Source: Leucoraja erinacea
Taxonomy: Eukaryota
NCBI RefSeq assembly: GCF_028641065.1
Contig: NC_073400.1
Location: 19,592,001-19,656,000 of the forward strand
Direction of reading: 5' to 3'
DNA: 64,000 nt
Shown here: positions 63,335 to 64,000 of the stretch, piece after piece
Layout of the letters: each line of letters starts with the position of its first letter
Position numbering within the stretch: the stretch's first letter is position 1
Position numbers and translations under genes: made by a program
The notes under the pieces: model-generated
What the model was told of the DNA's origin: nothing
The model's database searches: none
Seen by the model: the letters and a program-made list of their open reading frames with translations, nothing else

Positions 63335-64000
63335 AGACATGTACAAAATGATGAGAGGAATAGATCAGGTAATCGCACAGTCTTTTGCCCAGAGTAGGGG
63401 AATCGAGAACGAGAGGACATAGTTTTAAGGTGAGGGGTGATAGATTTAATGGGAACTCGAGAGATAATTTTTTTTACATAAAGATGTGTGCCTGGAATAA
63501 GCTGCAGGACGAGGTAGATGAGGCAAGTACTATCGCAATGTTTAAGAAACATTTAGGCAGATATCTGGATATGCTAGGTTTAGAGGGACATGAGCTGGCA
63601 GTTGGGACTAGTTTAGATGGGGCATGTTGGATGGTGTGGGCAAGTTGGGCCGAAGGGCCTTTTTCCTTGCTGTATGACTCCATGACCCTATGACACAAGA
63701 AGAGGCCTTTTGGCCCACAATGTCTTTGCCAACAATGATGCCAATCTAAACTAATTCCATCTGCCTGCACAAGGCCTATCTTCCTGTGTTCCGTGCTGTT
63801 CATGCATCAGTCTACATACTTCTTAAGCATTACTTTCATATCTGTTTCCACCACTTCCCTGGCAGTGCATTCCAGCACGGACCAGTCTCTGCATAAAAAT
63901 AAAAACTTGCCTCTTCAAACTCCTTTGAACTATCCACTTCCACCATAAACCAATACTTTCTAGTGTTTGACATTTCCATCCTGGGGAAAAAGACTCCCTG
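63335..64000. mobile_element. Older CR1-type 3' fragments in both orientations
   Basis: ESRTRGHSFKVRG remnant and a reverse-oriented copy at the window end. Confidence 0.7.

Overview
Eukaryotic, repeat-rich vertebrate genomic DNA, most likely from a cartilaginous fish such as a skate or ray (inferred from the HE1/V-SINE, CR1, Penelope and Rex1 repeat content). There is an assembly gap at 58142-58297. Reading splice sites by hand on the minus strand gives three tandem, same-strand, multi-exon immunoglobulin-superfamily genes. All are built on 330-bp phase-1 CD2/SLAM-type V exons that lack the canonical B-F disulfide. Gene A (50942->29325, 251 aa) is leader-V-Thr-rich stalk-TM with an ITIM (IDYADL) and an ITSM (TEYAAV), i.e. 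a probable inhibitory receptor. Gene B (26327->11690 or 9769) is leader-V-C2-TM with a short tail and a CCAAT/CpG promoter. Gene C (8492->2131) is leader-V-GPI signal with a CCAAT/CpG promoter and a second, paralogous V exon carrying one TAG. Together they look like a linked receptor/ligand module of the CD2-CD58 or CD244-CD48 kind; this is inference. The remainder is transposon-derived. It includes two Passport-like Tc1 elements (one split by a full-length CR1), many CR1/Rex1/Penelope fragments, two solo LTRs, a Harbinger-type MITE and a Tx1-like LINE inserted three times at the same site in a satellite. There is also a CAAAGAT-ended TIR family with 8-bp TSDs ranging from 31 bp to 3.66 kb.
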